From Octopus bimaculoides (taxonomy: Eukaryota), in NCBI RefSeq assembly GCF_001194135.2, contig NC_068988.1, positions 87,805,203 through 87,848,182 of the forward strand: 42,980 nt of DNA, read 5' to 3'. How positions within the stretch are numbered: position 1 is the stretch's first letter; every line of letters starts with the position of its first letter. Shown in pieces: positions 37,311-42,980 of the stretch. The notes beneath the pieces were generated by a model. The model ran no database searches, was not told where the DNA came from, and saw only the letters and a program-made list of their open reading frames with translations. A program made the position numbers and the translations under genes.

Positions 37311-38577
37311 ACACACACATACATACACGCATGGACACATGCACATTAGCAAGCAGACCAGTTCTTATGTCATTGTGTACCTTTCATTTCTAGGAAAAAC
37401 ACGAAAGAAGGTGCGAGTTGGGGAAGCAAAATGTGATGTGTGCTATCTGTTACACGAAAGCGAGATTTTTTGATCGATTCTATGTCATCGATATTCTCAT
37501 GAAAACAATTAGTGTCACAGCCAATGAGGTTGAACCTCTGAGCGAAGAAAACGAGCATAAATAAATAAATAAATAAATAAATAAACCAATGAGTAAATAA
37601 ACCGCAATGTCATCAAGTTCGATTCTTCCTCCCTCTCATTCAACCATTATATAGCCAAACATCTTCTAAATTTGATTTCAAAGCATTTTTTTCTGGAGGC
37701 AAGAAACTACATACGGTATTTAATCGCAAAAACTTTAGTTATTTTCAATTGCTTTTCTAGCACCGGCAGCATTATTGCGAATACTAATCGTAGCAAGTAC
37801 TTAGTGACCATGTGCTTAGCGTGAATATAAGCAACTGGACCAGGACAAAGACTGATTGGAGAGACAAGTACCGAGTTAACCAGTAGTATAACTAGAAAAC
37901 TGTCTGGCTGTATGCTTTAGATCGCAAATGTATTGCCAAAGTGAAAGTATACTAAGCGAGTTTGTGTTCTAGCCATTACAGCTACCTTGAGCTATGTATA
38001 GCAAGGGAGAGAGAAGGAGAGAGAGACAGACAAACAAACAGATAGGCAGAGATGGTAATTTAAAAATCACATGGTCTCTCAGCCTACAATGACAGCTATA
38101 TTAAGGGAAAAAATCTTCTGTAACAACCGCTCTAACGAGAAGAAACTTGAAATGACTAATTAAGCAGAAAGACAGAACTAATAACTAACTGTCGTCACCA
38201 AGGTAAAATTCACTTTTGTTAGTGTAATACAACACTCAAAGTGAATAAATTTGCCACATGTAGATCACTGCTGTATGGGAAATCAAAAAGCTAGATGAGA
38301 CTAGCCTGAATCTCATGACATGTCGTCTCTCATACTGCGATATCACTGGAAATCACTCAAGTTCTAAGCATCAGCCACCCTAGTCAGAAGATTGATTTGG
38401 GAATGAACTCTGAGTAGTTTGATGTAAAAGGATCTTAGCTAAAATACACTATAACTTTACAGCATCTTAGGTATCGAGTTCCCTTTGATTTACACGCCTA
38501 GTTGCACTAGAGGTAGAAATATTTGCAAACACAACTTCAAGATAGATAGCTGTCTGTCTGTCTGCATGCCTGCCTGC

Positions 38578-38652
<75 letters not shown>

Positions 38653-38769
38653 GTCAACCACAAGCTAGGTTACATCATACACATAGCGTACTTTTGTAAA
38701 ACTGACGTGAAGAGACTAGCCGAGAGTGGGTGGGATGTAAGTGGAGTGAATATGAGAGAGAAAGAGATG

Positions 38770-38809
<40 letters not shown>

Positions 38810-39250
38810 AAGAAAAAGAGAGAGAGAAGAAAGACAGAACACTGTAGAAATCAGTGGAACTGGATTCCATTGTTGACACTGTGCCAGAAAAGAGATATGC
38901 AACCTGCACATCTCCGTAAAAATCGAACACTTTGGTACAGTGTGAAAAACATCGATGATGTAGAATCGATCGCAGATACTTGCTCTCGTGGTGTAGATAA
39001 CGCCCTTCATGTTTCGTTATCACTCCGCATCACTTAACTTTTGTTTGCATGTGTTCATGTGTGTGTGTGTGCTTGTGTGTATACGCACATGTATAATTCA
39101 TATATATGCCTATATGCTTGTTTATATTGACTATTGAAAAGGTTGCAAGACGCAACGAAAATTTTAGGAAAAATAAATAAGTAAATGAGTGGAAATAGAA
39201 CCGGTGTGTGTGTTAAATAAGGCACTAAAAGAGAATGACTCTCCCCAGAC

Positions 39251-39293
<43 letters not shown>

Positions 39294-39594
39294 CACTCAC
39301 GCATACACCTGTGTATTTATGTACGTATGTGTATATTTACAAACACATGCATATGTACACAAACACATACACGCACACGCACACACACGCGCGCGCGCGA
39401 TATATAAACCTTATAGCAGTCTGTACACATTTACTAACCATGTCTAACAGCTAATTAAGACATGGCTCTCGGAGTAACAACTATATAATCAGCAGTATAC
39501 ATTACTTTTTAGAAATACACCCCTCACTGATACGTATATATTTCTGTATGTATACATAAATGTGTGTGTGTATATATATAACCTGTATATATTG

Positions 39595-40350
39595 CTTGAT
39601 ACCATTCTATAACATGTGCACGAGAGGAATTTCTGCGGAGATTCCACAGTTATTAGTATTCTTATAGGCATACCAACAAAATTTTACGAAATACCCTTTC
39701 TTTCATCTATGGCACAATCGAGCTACCACGGATCACAGTATTAAATCTGACTAATACGCGATGGATGAACGGTGTTCAATACTTCGTCCCCTCAGTTGGT
39801 TAGAAGACAATATTTCTACCACCCTTCCATAATAAACTTGGTTTAATGAAACATTTTGGCAAATAACAGATGAAGTCCATTCTCGATTCTGAGTGTGGCA
39901 AAGAGGGATTTTATAGGGCTGCAAATCAAAAGGCTTTTAAAAGTTACTGACTATGATATACCCTCAATGCACTGGAATTCAAAGCCTGGCGGGCTTTTAA
40001 GTAATTGTGCGAAAACTTCCTGGGGGATAGTAAGTCCCCTGCATATAAGGGTAAACCTAAAAAGCTTCTGATGCTTATATATATATATGTACATATATAT
40101 ATATATATACGCACACATACAACATAAGCTATTGGATATCATGCGTGAAATTATACATTCTGCATTCTTTTCTAGATGTCTTTCTAGAAAATCCCTACGT
40201 GATGAGCAAGGAGAACGATTCCGCCATGATATTTTTGCAATGGGAAAAAACGCGATATCAGATATTTTGGAATGATGACGGCATGGTAGGAAATATATTT
40301 TTGATGCTAGATCACGACGACCGAGACCAAGTTTATAAGAGGGAAAAATA
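39595..40350 (+). pseudogene. decayed DNA-transposon transposase, Chapaev/CMC-like
   Basis: Collinear motifs across frameshifts: FCGDSTVISILIG; TKYPF; WHNRATTDH; IFLPPFHNKLGLMKHF; KEG..GLQIKRLL; AWRAFK*LCENFLGDSKS..Y; KLYILHSFLDVFLEN; DEQGERFRHDI; RYQIFWN..MVGN. These match the recalled consensus ICGDLKV...LPPLHIKLGLMKQF...LHSHLDFFPEN...DEQGERFHQDI. The superfamily label is from memory. Confidence 0.75.
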
Positions 40351-40647
40351 AGAGGAGTGCTGTAATTTCAATGTGTAAATGATATAAATATCTTTATAGG
40401 AAGGCTTTGAAGCAATGCAAATGAAAAGAAGTTAGGCTAGGTATGACGATACCGATAAATAAAGACAAAGAAAAGATATTATATCGCTCTACTTAGGTTG
40501 TTTAATGTTTCTAATATATTTCGGGAACGTTTCTGTTTATCAGAAAAAGTGCTGTCATCAGCGGAGAAAATAATATTTACAAAATTTTAAAAATTTACAT
40601 ATTCTTCAATTACATGTCTAGGTTATTTAATCTATAAGGTTAAAATA

Positions 40648-41927
40648 CTGGGTTGGCAACTAAATTCCCGCCGTTTTTTTTAATTTTGGAATTTATTGCG
40701 TTTTTAAATTTTAGAATCTATTTTTTTCGAGAATTGTATTTTTGAAGCATTTTGGATTCTATTTTGTTTTTTTTTCTAGTTGATTTTACTTAATTTTTGT
40801 TTATTTTCAAGATCATTAAAATGGAATGTCAAGTTAAGAAACACGAGCATTTTCGACAATTCCTTCTTTTTGCCTTTAATCAAGGTTCTAAGGCNNNNNN
40901 NNNNNNNNNNNNNNNNNNNNNNNNNNNNNNNNNNNNNNNNNNNNNNNNNNNNNNNNNNNNNNNNNNNNNNNNNNNNNNNNNNNNNNNNNNNNNNNNNNNN
41001 NNNNNNNNNNNNNNNNNNNNNNNNNNNNNNNNNNNNNNNNNNNNNNNNNNNNNNNNNNNNNNNNNNNNNNNNNNNNNNNNNNNNNNNNNNNNNNNNNNNN
41101 NNNNNNNNNNNNNNNNNNNNNNNNNNNNNNNNNNNNNNNNNNNNNNNNNNNNNNNNNNNNNNNNNNNNNNNNNNNNNNNNNNNNNNNNNNNNNNNNNNNN
41201 NNNNNNNNNNNNNNNNNNNNNNNNNNNNNNNNNNNNNNNNNNNNNNNNNNNNNNNNNNNNNNNNNNNNNNNNNNNNNNNNNNNNNNNNNNNNNNNNNNNN
41301 NNNNNNNNNNNNNNNNNNNNNNNNNNNCCACACTGCTATAGAGAAGCATCTTCACTCGATGGGAAAGGTTCAGAAGTATGGAGCATGGGTTCCGTATGCT
41401 TTAAGTGACAACAACAAAAATCAACGAGCCACAATTTCCGTTGGTTTACTTGCTCGTCACCGCTCGACTCTTGGACACAAGCAACGATTTCTTTACCGAA
41501 TCGTTTCTGGCGACGAAAAATGGTGCCTGTATATCAATATGAAGCAGCCTAAGGAATGGCTTAGCCCCGGTAAATAAGCGACACCGCGCGTGAAACAAGA
41601 TCTTCATCCGCGTAAAACGATGTTGTGCGTATGGTGGGACTGGAAAGGGATTATCCATTACGAATTGCTTGAACGGAACCAAACGGTCAACGCGGAACTC
41701 TATGTTCAACAGATGGAACGACTCAACACGGCTATTCAAGAGAAAAGACCTAATCGTCAGCATGGTGTTTTGCTGCACGACAAGTATTGAAAATCTTGTT
41801 GAACGTTGAGAAGAAGTTGTAAACAACTAGGGTAAATACATTATTGATTAATTAGTTGTTATTTTTTTTTATTAAACCTTAAAAAAAATCTAAATTAAAA
41901 AAACGGCGGGAACTTAGTTGCCAATAT
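40648..41927 (+). mobile_element. mariner transposon, mellifera-subfamily-like, defective
   Basis: TA at 40646-40647, then left TIR CTGGGTTGGCAACTAAATTCCCGCCGTTTTTTT. Right TIR is AAAAAAACGGCGGGAACTTAGTTGCCAA at about 41897-41924. Transposase begins MECQVKKHEHFRQFLLFAF at 40821 and shows WVPYAL, GDEKW, MLCVWWD and LLHD. There is a stop at 41575-41577, the YSPDLAPSD block is absent, and the C-terminus IENLVER*EEVVNN*GKYIID ends at 41851. Confidence 0.92.
40895..41328. other. assembly gap inside the mariner
   Basis: Run of N. Confidence 1.
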
Positions 41928-42225
41928 TAGGCTAAAAATAATTATTTATAAATTAATATAAACTATATTGTGTATCATAGGGTCAGAATAGTAACGGTCG
42001 TAATGTCATATACTGCGAACAAGATATATTAGGCATGAATCAGAGACACATTTAGAATCAGAGTCCAAAATGAATTGGGAATTGGGAAATGACCAACGCT
42101 ATTCTTGATTAAATATAAAAAAAGACGGTGTTTAGTTCTTTTGTTTTGTTATTAGACCTCATCTTCTTTATAAACAGAATTCAAATAGTTAAAGCAAGAC
42201 ACACTACCATTTATATATATACACA

Positions 42226-42390
42226 CAGGGCCGGTCCTAGAGTTGCTGGCGCCCCGGGTAAGCCGAAATTCGGCGTGTACAAGCTGACGGTCGTGGAAAT
42301 TTCTTTGTCTTTGTCTGCCGCTCTTTGGCGCCCCATGGCACATGGCGCCCTGGACAACTGCCCGAGTTGCCGGTACCTTGAGCCGGTCCT

Positions 42391-42391
<1 letters not shown>
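42226..42391. mobile_element. hAT-type MITE, 166 bp
   Basis: GC-rich island with imperfect TIRs CAGGGCCGGTCCTAG and TTGAGCCGGTCCTG. Flanks TATACACA and TACACACA are a 7/8 match to an 8-bp TSD, although both lie in microsatellite sequence. Confidence 0.65.
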
Positions 42392-42465
<74 letters not shown>

Positions 42466-42531
42466 TAAAATTATATACATGTATATGCATATACATTTAG
42501 ACATGTTATAAATGTATGCGTCTTTATAGAG

Positions 42532-42565
<34 letters not shown>

Positions 42566-42773
42566 NNNNNNNNNNCACGCACACACATACAAAGATCACA
42601 TACATGCATACATACATACATACATACATACGATTACACGTAGTGCATTGGTTTCGGTTTGCGCAGGGTGCATATCCGAAACTAGTCTTCACACCGACTT
42701 CATGATCTTTTCTCGCGAATTTCACACCTTCCTACGTCAGGGTTTGGAACTTTCAACGGTTGCCACAAGACGT

Positions 42774-42833
42774 ATCATCATCATCATTATCATCATCATC
42801 ATCAACATCATCATCATCACCACCACCACCACC

Positions 42834-42897
<64 letters not shown>

Positions 42898-42898
42898 A
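42774..42898. repeat. (CAT)n-(CAC)n compound microsatellite
   Basis: Read directly. Confidence 0.95.
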
Positions 42899-42980
42899 CT
42901 TCTTCATGAATGACAGAACACTGAAATATTTTGCACTAGATGCCTGTGCGATGTTTGTTCCCTTCTCACATTTAAATTCC

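Overview
This is an AT-rich, repeat-dense eukaryotic draft-assembly window with about 5.4 kb of N gaps. I could not recognise any host protein-coding exon, rRNA, genuine tRNA or CRISPR array. The SINE families and heavy microsatellite load suggest an octopus/coleoid cephalopod genome (inference from recalled repeat sequences, not verified). Contents: three tRNA-derived SINE families, here labelled A, B and C, in many copies. Decayed autonomous-element remnants: a Penelope-like GIY-YIG fragment, an RTE/Expander-like 3' end, an R4/Dong-like 3' end, a Chapaev-like transposase and a mellifera-type mariner. Also several MITEs and many microsatellites. Nearly all long ORFs in the supplied track are microsatellite or N-gap artefacts. 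Most notable signals: (1) a textbook polypyrimidine-CAG|GTAAGT zero-length-exon (recursive splice site) motif on the minus strand at 13851-13884; (2) two long near-perfect fold-backs at 17833-18187 and 18581-18827; (3) two abutting hairpins at 21840-21976; (4) a palindromic (CCCTAA)n(TTAGGG)n cassette; (5) SINEs nesting into microsatellites carried by their own family. Protein family assignments come from recalled motifs and need database confirmation.
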